Notes under the pieces: generated by a model
The model's input: only the letters and a program-made list of their open reading frames with translations
The model's database searches: none
Told to the model about the DNA's origin: nothing
In this document: piece after piece, positions 1 to 10,879 of the stretch
How the letters are laid out: each line of letters begins with the position of its first letter
Position numbering within the stretch: the first letter of the stretch is position 1
Assembly (NCBI GenBank): GCA_051313645.2
Contig: JBNRSN020000003.1
Coordinates: forward strand, 395,870,001 to 395,934,000
Direction: 5' to 3'
DNA: 64,000 bases
Origin: Centroscyllium fabricii
Lineage: Eukaryota
Made by a program: the position numbers and the translations under genes

Positions 1-1526
1 TTACACCACAGGATATATTTACAGCAGTTAGGTTGTATTTCATCGGAACGACACAATATGATACACCAACAATTGTTTCCCAAACAGATATATATATATA
101 TGTACATACACAGGCAACTTATAGGATGGGGAACGCACGGCACATCGTAAATCGGGGCAATGACTCTACAAATACACCCCAAATAAACCACCCTTCCCTC
201 TATTGCCTAGCTATGTCCAGGTGTGTAGGATCGAGGCACATGCTCACCACTCGGTAATACTCGGGGTCTGCTACGAAGTTCCTCGTTTCCTCGGCTGCAG
301 CGTCGGTCGTCACGTGGCTGTGGAAGATTCGGGAGTCCACTTGTTGTCTTCTCCCTTTGGGCGGCGGTCGCTCCTGCTCGGGCTGGTCCCGGACGGGTTC
401 CTCGAGGCTGCTCTATCTCCTCGCACCAACCGCACCATCTCCCTGGCTGAACCGGACCCTGGGGTATGCCGATCCTGCCCTCTCAAGCCGAATTGTAACG
501 GGCTGCTAGCCTACTTGCTTTCCCACTCTTCGAACGCTAGCTTAATCGCCGTGTTCAACAAGATGCTACTAATGGGCCCCAACAACCAACTACCTCACCA
601 GCAATGGTTTTCCGATGCGATACTGCCCTGACCCAACTCTGCTGTCCTGCCAGAGCCTGCACCCTGCTTGCCCTGCACCCAGAAAGCTGAACTGGAGTCT
701 TCGAAACAGAGAGCCCACCCAAAGTTACTGCTAAAGCTCAAAAGTTCTGTTCAGGGACCTCACCGCTTCCAAAGGTCGCCTCCAAGAGCCTTCTCCAAGG
801 GCTCTTTCCCAAGAGAGATTTCCACGCTGCGAGATATTCGAGAGACCCCCTCTTCCAGAGAGTCAGAGATGTGAAGAGTTTCCAAGCGCTTTCCAAGAGA
901 GACCTCACCGCTTCAAGAGGTCGCCTCCACGAGTCCTAAATCATCAGAGCGATTTTACCAGAGAGCGAATTGTAGAAATGTCCTGCCAGTTATACTGTGA
1001 AGCTAATGTCTTTCCCATTAGGCAGGTATTGTGTTTTGAAAACGGTTACTGCATTCCTTTGTCCAGCCAAGCCTGCTGGTAATGGTTTGATGGCACCCTA
1101 ACCTCTCCGTTAGAGCCCCCATTGTTTTTGCAAGGGTGCTAATCGCTTTAATGCGGGCTTGCTGTGTAAATCTTGTGTCTGGCTAAACGGCCAGTAATTT
1201 CAATATTTGCAGCTTTATCGGGTGCTTATTTAACTGGGTGCATTTCTTTGTGGGGCTGAGCGGTTTCTAAGGGGCTGGCTACTTATTTACAGGTTTAACA
1301 GCGCCTTCATGTCTGGCTTCTTCGCGGGCTTTTCCGAATTGGGTTTTGGTTTCGTTTTACACTATGCCATGTGGTCCGGCGGCCATCTTGGAGGCCCCTT
1401 TTTCTCTGATCAGGCCGCAGCCTGTCCTGTCTGCCATTGTACAATAAAAGAAACATGTATACTCCATCCCTTCGTTTCTGGTCTTTGTAAATCCGTTTTG
1501 ACTTGGAATATTGCGACCTTACAACA
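1..1526 (-). mobile_element. Putative long LTR (ERV/Gypsy-like), running off the window start
   Basis: On the minus strand a purine-rich tract (aaaaacctaagtgggtac) is followed by TGTTGTAAGG at 1526. There is an internal ~33-bp direct repeat (756-788 vs 901-933) and no convincing ORF. The second terminus is not visible. Confidence 0.3.
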
Positions 1527-1695
1527 GTACCCACTTAGGTTTTTAAATTAAAAAATACTTCAACATTTCTTCAAAGAACTCTATTAAATTTATCTGACAC
1601 CACTTGCATTTAAACAATCCACACTGATGGTCCTTAATTTACCCAAGTCTGTCTACTTAATTTAGGCCTATTTGCCTAATTTTAAGCTGGCTTAT

Positions 1696-2161
1696 AGAAA
1701 CATAGAAGATAGGAGCAGGAGTAGGCCATTCGGCCCCTCGAGCCTGCTCTGCCATTCAACGCGATCATGGCTGATCATCCAAATTCAGTACCCTGTCCCT
1801 GCCCTCTCCCTATATCCCTTGATCCCTTTAGCCTTAAGAAATATATCTAAATCCTTCCTGAATATATTTAACTGCCTCCTGTGATAGAGAATTCCACAGG
1901 TTCACCACTCTCTGGGTGAAGAAATTCCTCCTCATCTCTGTCCTAAATGACTTACCCCTTATCCTTAGACTCTGACCCCTGGTTCTGGACTCCCCGGCCA
2001 TCGGGAACATCCTTCCTGCATCTAGTCTGTCCAATCCTGTTAGAATTTTATAAGTTTCAATGAGATCTCCTCTCATTCTTCTAACTCCAGCGAGTATAAG
2101 CCCAATCGACCCAATCTCTCCTCATACGTCATTCCTGCCGTCCCAGGTATCAGCCTGGTGA
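1696..2161 (-). mobile_element. CR1 LINE 3' fragment
   Basis: ORF 1834-2076 (RGDLIETYKILTGLDRLD..RNFFTQRVVNLWNSL) plus CR1 3'UTR ending in a ctatgtttcta tail. Confidence 0.92.
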
Positions 2162-2353
2162 ATGTGTTTCTCACTTCTTGAATAGAGATGTTACATTGGC
2201 AACCCTCGAGTCCTCTGGCGTAACTTTCATATCCATATTTTGTACCCACCTAAACCATATTTAAAAAAGCCCAATGACATTCTTATTTTAAGTTTCTCGG
2301 ATAGAAAACTGAACAAAAATGATGATGGAATTAATAATTGTCAATATGTAATT

Positions 2354-3190
2354 GGGCCAGAATTTCCGGTGCCTCAAAGCAGATGCCCACAGAGATGCCC
2401 ACGAAAAATGCCCACTGATCCGAGATGCTCACGGATCCGAGATTTCTGATGCTGAGGGAGAAGGGCCCTCAGCATCAAACGCACAAGTGAGTTGCACCCA
2501 GAATTTGGGCTCCAAAAGGGTGCTTTTTTTTCTGTGATTCTGTGGGCAACGGAGCCCTGAGATGCACATGAAAAAAGCTGCAGTAACTCGTGCATCAGGG
2601 AGAGAGAAACGTTCTTAAACAAGGTAAGTTACTTTTTTACCTTTAATTTTAAGTTTTAACAGTTTTGGGGAGTAATGTAGCCAGATCGGTAGCGTTAAAT
2701 TTTTAAGTTAAAGTTAAAAAAAAAATAATTACAAATCAGATTTATGTTAATTTACCTGTTTCAAATCGCTAATTTTTAAAGTTAAATTTCTGAAATTTTT
2801 AACTATCTAGCTATTAAAAAATCTAAGATAAAAAATGGCAGAGACTTAACTAGCGTTTCTTCCTCTGAGAAGCTGCTGTGCCCGCGCTGCTCCCCGCTGA
2901 GTCTGTGAGTGCAGCTCTGCACGTCCCTGCTCTCACAAAGGTCCGACTCGGGATCTGTGCGCATTTTTTAATTTAAATTAGGGATCTGGGGGCGTTTTTT
3001 ATTTAAATTTGGGATCTGTGGGCGGGGCATACACTGCGCACCTAGCGTGGCTGGACTGCCACGTTGCGCACGAAGGGGGCGGAGCCGATCGGAAATCCAG
3101 AGCGTAAAAAAAGTCCGATGCTGGTGGGCTTCTTAAGTGCTCCGCCTGGTCCTAGTTGCCCACCAACCGGCAAACCCGAATTTCTGGCCC
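2354..3190. mobile_element. Harbinger-type MITE family A, copy A1 (837 bp)
   Basis: TIRs GGGCCAGAATTT / AATTTCTGGCCC, 3-bp TSD ATT on both sides. Homologous to 3597-4433 and 61767-62627. Confidence 0.88.
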
Positions 3191-3596
3191 ATTATATCTA
3201 TTTCTTATTGGGTAAAAATGTTTGTACATTTCAGCCACCTTTTGTTGCTTGTAGGAGCCCACCCCAGTATTGTGACTGCCTACCAATTTTTCACTTTTTA
3301 TTTTGGTCATTTTCCCTTTATTGTCTCCCTTCTAAACATGTACACTGTCCTTGGCTCACTCTGAGAAAGTCTGCAACCTAATATCCTTCAATACCTCTTG
3401 TTGAGGAGCCCAACACGAGACATATTAAGCAATGCAGGAAGGTATTTATTTCATAGCACTTCTCCTGTCTACCCACAAATATCCTTGGCTTAGAGAATAA
3501 TTTCACCATCTGGAGGAAGCCTGAGTATCAATGTCACTTGAGAATGGCTTTTGAATCTGGTTCTCCTAGTCAGGAGTAAATTGCTGTGCATTCAAT

Positions 3597-4433
3597 GGGC
3601 CAGATTTTCCTCTGCTCCAGAGGAGCTGCACACGCACGGAGGGGGGTCCGAAATGCCCCGTGGGTGTGCAGCACGGGGGATGCCCACGAACGGGAATTTC
3701 CTCTGCTGAGGGAGAAGGGCCCTCAGCATCAAACGCAGGAGTGAGTTGCACCCAGAATTTGCAATCCAAAAGGGTGATTTTTGGAGAGTGATTCTGTGTG
3801 CAACTGGCCCACAAGCTGCACCCGGGAAAACCAGTAGTAAACTCGTGCGTGAGGGACAAGATTTAGTTATTAAAGCAGGTAAGTTAATTTTTTAACTTTA
3901 ATTTTAATTTTTTACAGTTTTTGGGAGTAATGTGGCCAGATCGGTAGCGTTAAATTTTTAAGTTAAAGTTTTAAAAAAAAATGTACAAATCCGATTTTAA
4001 GTTAATTTACCTGTTTCAAATCGTTAATTTTTAAAGTTAAATTTCTGAAATTTTTAACTATCTAGCTATTAAAAAATCTAAGAGGAAAAAATGGCAGACT
4101 TACCTTGCGCTTCTTCCTCTGAGAAGCTGCTCTGCCCGCGCTGCTCCCCGCTGAGTCTGTGAGTGCAGCTCCGCACTTCCCTGCTCTCACAAAGGTCCGA
4201 CTCGGGATCTGTGTGCATTTTTGTATTTAAATTAGGGATCTGGGGTCGTTTTTATTTAAATTTGGGATCTGTGGGCGGGGCATACACTGCGCACCCAGCG
4301 TGGCTGGACTGCCACGAAGCGCAGGAACGGGGAGGAAAGTCAGGGAGCAACTTCTGTGCAATGTTGGTGCATGCGATAGGTGTCCGCAGGTTCCTAGCGC
4401 ACGCACTAACCTGCACAGAGGAAAACCTGGCCC
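3597..4433. mobile_element. Harbinger-type MITE family A, copy A2 (837 bp)
   Basis: 18-bp TIR GGGCCAGATTTTCCTCTG / CAGAGGAAAACCTGGCCC, TSD AAT/AAT. Confidence 0.9.
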
Positions 4434-5345
4434 AATATAATTTTTCCTATGATTACTAACTAACTCTGGCTTAACAGACTCAAGTTGTTAAACTACTGAA
4501 ACTTCAGGCATATTCTCCCGTAAGTAAGACACTTATCATTAAAGGCTCTGTCCCTGTTATGCTTAGAGTGTTTTGAGAAATTCCAGAATAAATTTTGGAT
4601 TATTGCACCTTCATATGTGAAAATTCTGGAATTCATCCATTCTGGTCCCAGCAGTTTGCAGCAATCGCGAATATCTTTAATCCAAATCTTCAAGATTATT
4701 GTGATAATTGTTATTTGCAATTCCTCCCCCCTCCCCGCTCTAATATCTTTCCTCAAGGGCTTTTGTCTCCAACACATCTGGGATAGCCCATAGTAGCTTG
4801 AGCCAGGCTCGAGCCGTTCGTCTGGCTACAACCCAAGTCGATATTATTAAAACAAATATACGAGCCATGGATGAACCACAAGACCACAGAAGGCTGGAGA
4901 GAGGGAGCGCTATCATTAGCGAGTTTGCTGATCAGATCACAGGGCTAGACGTTGTCTGGCTCCCACCTGTCGAATGCTCTTGGCTCAAGTGAGCAGGATC
5001 TGCACCAGCATTCATCGTCGACACACTTGGAAGTTCAAAAAGTTAAATGTGATAGTTGCCTCAGTTTACACATGGTAACAATGTGTTGAGATGTCAGCAT
5101 GATTCTTTAATATTCAGTGGCAACAAGAACACTGGGTGAGTGTAAGATATTGATTTTCTTTAACACTGATTCCTGCCAGGGTGTTTTATTCTGATAGTAG
5201 TAAAACAGGGTAATACAGCCACATCCAAACTCTCGGAGCCAAACGTGTGCACTGGGAGCTTTGCTCCAGCCCCATACAAAATACAAAAAACTGCCCCGGC
5301 TGATCGCAGCCAACCACCAAGCTGGGGCAAGCTGTATGTGTTCAA

Positions 5346-6560
5346 TTATGCATGTGTGGATGAGGGTAGTGCAGTGGATGTGGTATACATCGATTTTAGT
5401 AAGGCTTTTGACAAAGTCCTGCATAGGAGGCTGGTCAAGATGGTAAGAGCCCATGCGATCCAGGGCACCTTGGAACATTGGATCCAAATCTGGCTTTGTG
5501 GCAGAAAGCCACTAAGGCGATGGTTGAAGGTTGTTTTTGTGACTGGAAACATGTGTCCAGTGGGGTACCGCAGTGATCGGAGCTGGGTCCCTTGCTGTTG
5601 GTAGTCCACATTAATGATTTGGATATGAATGTAAAACGTACGATCAGTAAGTTCGCAGATGACACGAAAATTGGTGGGGTGGTAAATACCGAGGAGGGAA
5701 GCCTCAGTCTGCAGGATGATATAGATGGATTGGTCAGATGGGCGGAACAGTGGCAAATGGAATTTAACCCTGAAAAGTGTGAGGTGATGCATCTTGGAAG
5801 GACCAACAAGGCAAGGGAATACACAATGAATGGTAAGACCCTAGGAAAGACAGAGGATCAGAGGGACCTTGGTGTGCATGTACATAGATCCCTGAAGGCA
5901 GCAGGACAGGTGGATCAGGTGGTTAAAAAGGCATATGGGATACTTGCCTTCATTAGCCGAGGCATAGAATGTAAGAGCAGGGAGGTTATGATGGAAATGT
6001 ACAAAATGCTGGTAAGGCCACAGCTGGAGGACTGTGCGCAGTTCTGGTTGCTACACTATAGGAAGGATGTGATTGCCCTGGAGAGGGTGCAGAGGAGATT
6101 CACCAGGATGCTACCTGGGCTGGAGCGCATCAGCTATGAAGAAAGACTGGACAGGCTGGGATTGTTTTCCTTGGAGCAGAGAAGGCTGAGGGGGGACCTG
6201 ATTGAGGTGTACAAAATTATGAAGGGCATAGATAGGGTAGATAGAACGGATTTGTCCCTTAGTAGAGTGGTCAATAACAAGGGGGCATAGTTTCAAGGTA
6301 AGGGGCAGGAGGTTTAGAGGGGATTTGAGGAAGAACTTTTTCACCCAGAGGGTGGTTGGAATCTGGAACTCACTGCCTGAAAGGTTGGTAGAGGCAGGAA
6401 CCCCCACAACATTCAAGAAGCATTTAGATGAGCACTTGAAATGCCATAGCATACAAGGCCACGGACCAAATGCTGGAAAATGGGATTAGAATGGACAGGG
6501 CTTGATGGACGGCGTGGACACGATGGGCCGAAGGGTCTCTTTCTGTGCTGTATAACCCGA
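5346..6560 (+). mobile_element. CR1 LINE, 5'-truncated, frameshifted RT
   Basis: VDVVYIDFSKAFDKV, SKFADDTK and RVQRRFTRM motifs in ORFs 5245-5604 and 5592-6290, followed by a CR1 3'UTR. Confidence 0.93.
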
Positions 6561-6561
6561 T

Positions 6562-6633
6562 GAAGGCTAAATTGGTCAGCGCACAAAAAGTGGCGCTGAC
6601 CTGGGCCAGCGCTAGAGTGACAATTTTGCGCCC
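6562..6633. mobile_element. ~72-bp minimal MITE (fused ends of the 45247-45970 family) inserted in the CR1 tail
   Basis: Reverse complement reads gggcgcaaaatt..ctctagc + ggtcagcgccac..tgtgcgctgaccaattt, matching the left and right ends of 45247-45970. The CR1 tail (tatgactc) resumes after it. Confidence 0.6.
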
Positions 6634-6644
6634 TATGACTCAAT

Positions 6645-7355
6645 GGGTGCGAAATTGGCGCCTTAACGCCAGCCCATTAGCATTGAAAATGGGCACTAAT
6701 GGGCCGGCGCCGAATTAGCGCCAAAAAATTGCGGCGGGTGCTAAATTCGCCTAGTGATTAGCGCCGGCGCTAACTGTTAGCACGCGCTAATTCCAGCGCC
6801 TGATTCCTAGCCGTGATCCTCGTGCAACGCCCGCCCTGCATCCTGTGCCCCATATTCGGCCGCGACCGCAGATTTAATCTTTGACAGCTAGCCAGCGGCT
6901 GTCACTGGAGCCGGGAAGGTAAGTTTTGTAAGGTTTTCCCCACAGCTGGTGTTGACATAAGGGAGTGACTTACTCCTTCAGGGTGCTGAAGGCCTGGGAA
7001 GCATTTTGCTGTAGGTCCTTCAACACCTTGAAGGAGAAAGTTAGCAACACCACTGTGGTCCCGCTGGGTTTCACCAGCGGGGTTGTAGGATGGTGGGGTT
7101 TGGGTGGGAAGGGGGTGAAAGTGGCTAAGGGCCCTTAAAATGGCATTAAACATGCCAATTTAGGGCCCTTAATGAGTTCACCAACCATCCCCGCCGGCCG
7201 CCAGCGAGAAGGATTCGGGACAGGGGGACAAGGTGGCGGAAAATGCTAAAGCGGCAAGGATCTGGCGGTGGGGGGGACGCGACCCATCGATTCCGCTATT
7301 TTGCCGTCTGACCCGCCGAAAACCCCGCCTCACAGGGAGGTGAAAATTTTGGCCA
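6645..7355. mobile_element. Harbinger-type MITE, family C right arm with a different left arm
   Basis: Starts aat|GGGTGCGAAATT and ends GAAAATTTTGGCC. 7060-7355 is homologous to 15190-15447 and 42395-42689. Confidence 0.7.
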
Positions 7356-7359
7356 TAGT

Positions 7360-7573
7360 TGCTGGAAGTGCGAGCTGATAACGGTGCAGTGAGTGCAACA
7401 GGGCTTCTGGGACCTTTGTCAACAATGGGACAAACAGGCCCAGCAAATTGTCCAGCAACTTGTGGCGATTTGCAGTGCACGGGGTATCTCTTCCTCGCCA
7501 TAAATTGCAGGCTGATTTGCATATTAATAACCATTAATTCACACACCATTATTTTTTCAGCAAATTCTGGCCC
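7360..7573. mobile_element. Right-end fragment of a GGGCCAGAATTT-TIR MITE
   Basis: Ends AAATTCTGGCCC and contains an octamer (ATTTGCAT) near 7515. The left terminus is not found. Confidence 0.5.
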
Positions 7574-7659
7574 ATCCATTTTTTTTCTGAATTCAACCCA
7601 TTGACCACTTCGGGAGCTTTTCTACATCGAAAACCCAACTTTTATTTTGTAGCATAGCT

Positions 7660-7892
7660 GCATCAACCCAAAGACATGCAGGTTAGTCGAATTGGAGATA
7701 ACATTTTTTTTTTTGCCTATGAGTATGTGTGTGAGATATAGTTCTTAGAGTTGGGGGTGTCGGGGGATATGGGGAGAGGGTAGGAGGGGAGTGCTGGGTT
7801 TGGATGATCAGCCATGATCTCATCAAAATGGCGGAGCAGGCTCGAAGGGCCGAATGGCCTACTCCTGCTCCTATCTTCTGTGTTTCTGTGTT
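7660..7892 (+). mobile_element. HE1-like V-SINE, 5'-truncated
   Basis: cccaaagacatgcaggttag body plus CR1-derived tail (gatcagccatgatctc..ctcctatcttctgtgtttctgtg). Confidence 0.8.
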
Positions 7893-8495
7893 TTTTTGTT
7901 CTGGTTGCCTTAAAATATACAAGAGTGTTATTTCTTTATTTTTCATTTAAAAAATGCTGCAGCGTACCTCAATGGCTCTGCTAATTTCTGATCAGTTCAG
8001 ACCTCCGATTCAACTTGGATTTAGCTTAGCATTGAACATTTCAAGCTTATCCTTCAAGTTAATTCATTTAGACAAATCTGATGGTACATTACAGTTAGAC
8101 TTGCTAAAATTGAGATGTCTTCATACAGCTGTAACCTGAAGAGTAGACCTGAGTTAGATGGAATATGAGCAATTGGTCCATGTCTATTGGTGCAGAAAGA
8201 AGAGATTGAAGAAGGATCAATCTATCAGCAAAACCAATTAGTTAGGGAAAGGTTCTCTGAAAGGCTTAAAGTTTCAGAGTCCAACTTAACTTAACTAATG
8301 TAAAAAGAATACATATAAACAGGAAGAAGACAAAGCAACAATAGAATATTGTAAATTGAGACTAAACATATAAATTATCACAAGGTTACAGAATAATTAT
8401 GGATGAGGAAGGTCATTGGACCCATCTTTCAACATCCATCCTGAAATAGCCTAAAGTCACCTAACTGCAGCGTTCTATTGGTGCTTAATAACCAC

Positions 8496-8882
8496 CGGCA
8501 TGGTGGCATAGTGGTCAGCACTGTTGCCTTACAGCACTAGAGACCCGGGTTCAAATCCAGCCTCGGGTACTATCTGTGTGGAGTTTGCACATTCTCCCCA
8601 TGTCTGCGTTTGTTTCCTCCGGGTGCTCCCACAGTCCAAAGATGTGCGAGTTAGGTTGATTGGCCATCATAAATTGACCCTTAGTGTCAGGGGGATTAAA
8701 TATGTGGGGTTACGGGGATAGGGCGGGATATGTGTCAGTGTAGGCTCAAGAGGGATCGAGGGATATGGGGACAAGGCAGGGACAGGGTGCTGGGTTGGGA
8801 TGATCAGCCATGATCTCATTGAATGGCGGAGCAGGCTCGAAGGGCTGAATGGCCTACTCCTGCTCGTATCTTCTATGTTTCT
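8496..8882 (+). mobile_element. HE1-like V-SINE (tRNA head, V domain, CR1 tail)
   Basis: A box tggcatagtgg, B box ggttcaaatcc, V domain gtggagtttgcacattctcccc..tttcctccgggtgctcc, CR1 3' tail. Confidence 0.88.
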
Positions 8883-8989
8883 TAAATGATTCCAGGGTTT
8901 TCAGCTCCACTACTTCAAGCGAGAGCTAGTTTTGTTTCTGGCTGGGGCAGAGTTCACCTCTTACAGAAGGTAGGTACTGCCGGGAATTC

Positions 8990-9215
8990 AGGGCCGGAGT
9001 GACCTCCTGGACTAGTTTCGATCACCTGGATGGGTTGGAGAGGAATTTCACAGATTTTTCTTTCGCAAACTCGCCTGGATTTTTAATCTGTTTTTTGCCT
9101 CTCCCGGGAGATCACACGGTTTTGGGGTGGGGTAGAGTGTCCATGTTGTGATTCACCAGGTATTGCGATTGTGTGGGACAGGCTCGATTTATCTGTCCAT
9201 CATTGTTCATATGTC
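8990..9215 (+). mobile_element. Isolated CR1 3'UTR module
   Basis: Homologous to 27080-27215 and to the reverse complement of 17400-17540 (ctcctggactagtttcgatc..gagaggaattt..gcctctcccgggagatcac). Confidence 0.65.
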
Positions 9216-9405
9216 CGTATGTATTTTATCCAGGAGTCCATTCCATGTATCGATCACTCTCTGTATGAAGAAGAACTTCCTGGCATCTGACCTAAATGTG
9301 CATTTTACAAGTTTGAACCTGTGTCTCATTGTTCTATTTTTGCAATTTAATTTAATGTAATCTTCCAGATTTACCTTTTCTAGCTAATATAACTCTATAA
9401 AATCA

Positions 9406-9545
9406 ATGACGTGGAGATGCCGGTGTTGGACTGGGTGGACAAACGTAAGAAGTCACACAACACCAGGTTGTAGTCCAACAGTTTTATTTGAAATCACAAG
9501 CTTTCGGAGCGCTGCTCCTTCGTCAGGTGAAGTGAGGAGATGAAT
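9406..9545 (-). mobile_element. Penelope-like element terminal fragment
   Basis: Same terminal sequence as 44430-44617 and 42338-42375; carries a hammerhead core. Confidence 0.75.
9494..9530 (-). ncRNA. Minimal hammerhead ribozyme motif (Penelope-associated)
   Basis: Minus strand tcac-CTGACGA-a-ggagc-agc-gctcc-GAAA-gc-TT-gtga: catalytic core, stem II and stem I are all present. Confidence 0.7.
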
Positions 9546-9900
9546 ATAGGCACAGTGTATATAATCGGAGAACACTGGCATTTTTCTTTCATTTTTCTTT
9601 CATTTGTGCAGTAGTTTGTATTTGTTTGTATTAAACTTCCACCCGCCATCATTCTGCCCCTTTGTAGATTTTGTCCAACACATTTTGTAATTTCAAAACT
9701 GTCTCTTCTGATTCCACTGACCCTCCTCGTTTGGCACCATCTGCAAATCTGACCAATTTGCATTGTGTTTCAGAGTCATTTATGTAAATTCGAAATAGTC
9801 GTGGTCCCAACAATAGTTGCTGGGGAACCATATGCTGTACCTTCCCCCCCAACATAAGTTAACTCTGTTAACAAGTACCAATGTTGTCTACCCTTCAGCT

Positions 9901-10650
9901 GGGCCAGAAATTAGGGGCCCATTGCGTGAGTACGCATTGGGTACTCACGCGTGGGCCCATCAGAATTGCCGGTTTCCAGCATGCACGCAAAACTGGCATT
10001 TCCGATCCCCTGAAAGAAGGGGTTGGGGTCGGAACGCGTTCGCGTGCGCGGGAGCGGGTGCGCAATGGAATTCCGATTTTTTTACAGCTTTTTATCAGGC
10101 TAAATATTGGAAAAATTTACGTCTCCTATTTTCAAGCGCAAAGACTGGTTTCTGCAGGTAAGTAGTGATTTAATTTAATTTAAGACATTTTTTCCACAGG
10201 TTTTACATTTTTAAATACTTTAAAGAAAGGTAAGTTGATTTTGAGCCCTGTTAAATACTTCAATTATTTTTTTCAAAATTTTTAATTTTTGTTTAAAATA
10301 GCTAATTTGTGTAATTGATAACTAATTTTAAAAATGTGATTTCAAAAAAATAATATTTTAAGATTTAGTGATGTTTTGGGGTTGCAGTATTCATAAGTTT
10401 GACAGGTCTTCCTGTCAAACTTACGAATGGAGCATTCTGTGCTCCGATTGGCTCTCCGCGGCCCACATGATCCCGCGCACTATCTCGCACTATCTTCGCC
10501 GCTCAACACCAGCATCACAGCGTGCCGGCACTTCAGGAGGTCCCAACATCAGAATACCATAAGGGTGCAATGATCAACGGCCGGCGCGGTCCATAAGCGT
10601 GGGTTGGAGGCTTGCACTCACGGGAAGCCTCCAACCTGAATTTTTGGGCC
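9901..10650. mobile_element. Harbinger-type MITE family B, copy B1
   Basis: TIRs GGGCCAGAAATT / AATTTTTGGGCC, 3' flank AAT (5' flank gct does not match). Homologous to 12801-13301 and 57163-57890. Confidence 0.85.
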
Positions 10651-10879
10651 AATATCTTATCCAAACCCAAGACTTACCCTGAATTCCCACAGCTTGACCT
10701 TAACTAATAGCATTTGATATGGAACTTTGTCAACTGCCTATTGGAATTCTCGGTTCAACATGTCACAGTCCATTTGGGATGTCACTCGTCAAAGAAGTCG
10801 AGGAGTTTGGTGAGGCAGCATCTTCAACTTCTCAATTCATGTTGACTATGTTTGACTTGGTTATTATTGCACAGGTAAT

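Noticed and set aside
4798-4990. Short inverted ends cttgagcca / tggctcaag around a 64-aa ORF
   Set aside because: Only 9 bp, single copy in the window, no TSD; insufficient support.
8496-8570. tRNA gene
   Set aside because: A/B boxes run straight into a V-domain SINE body and CR1 tail; it is a SINE head (likewise 35000-35075 and 37380-37449).
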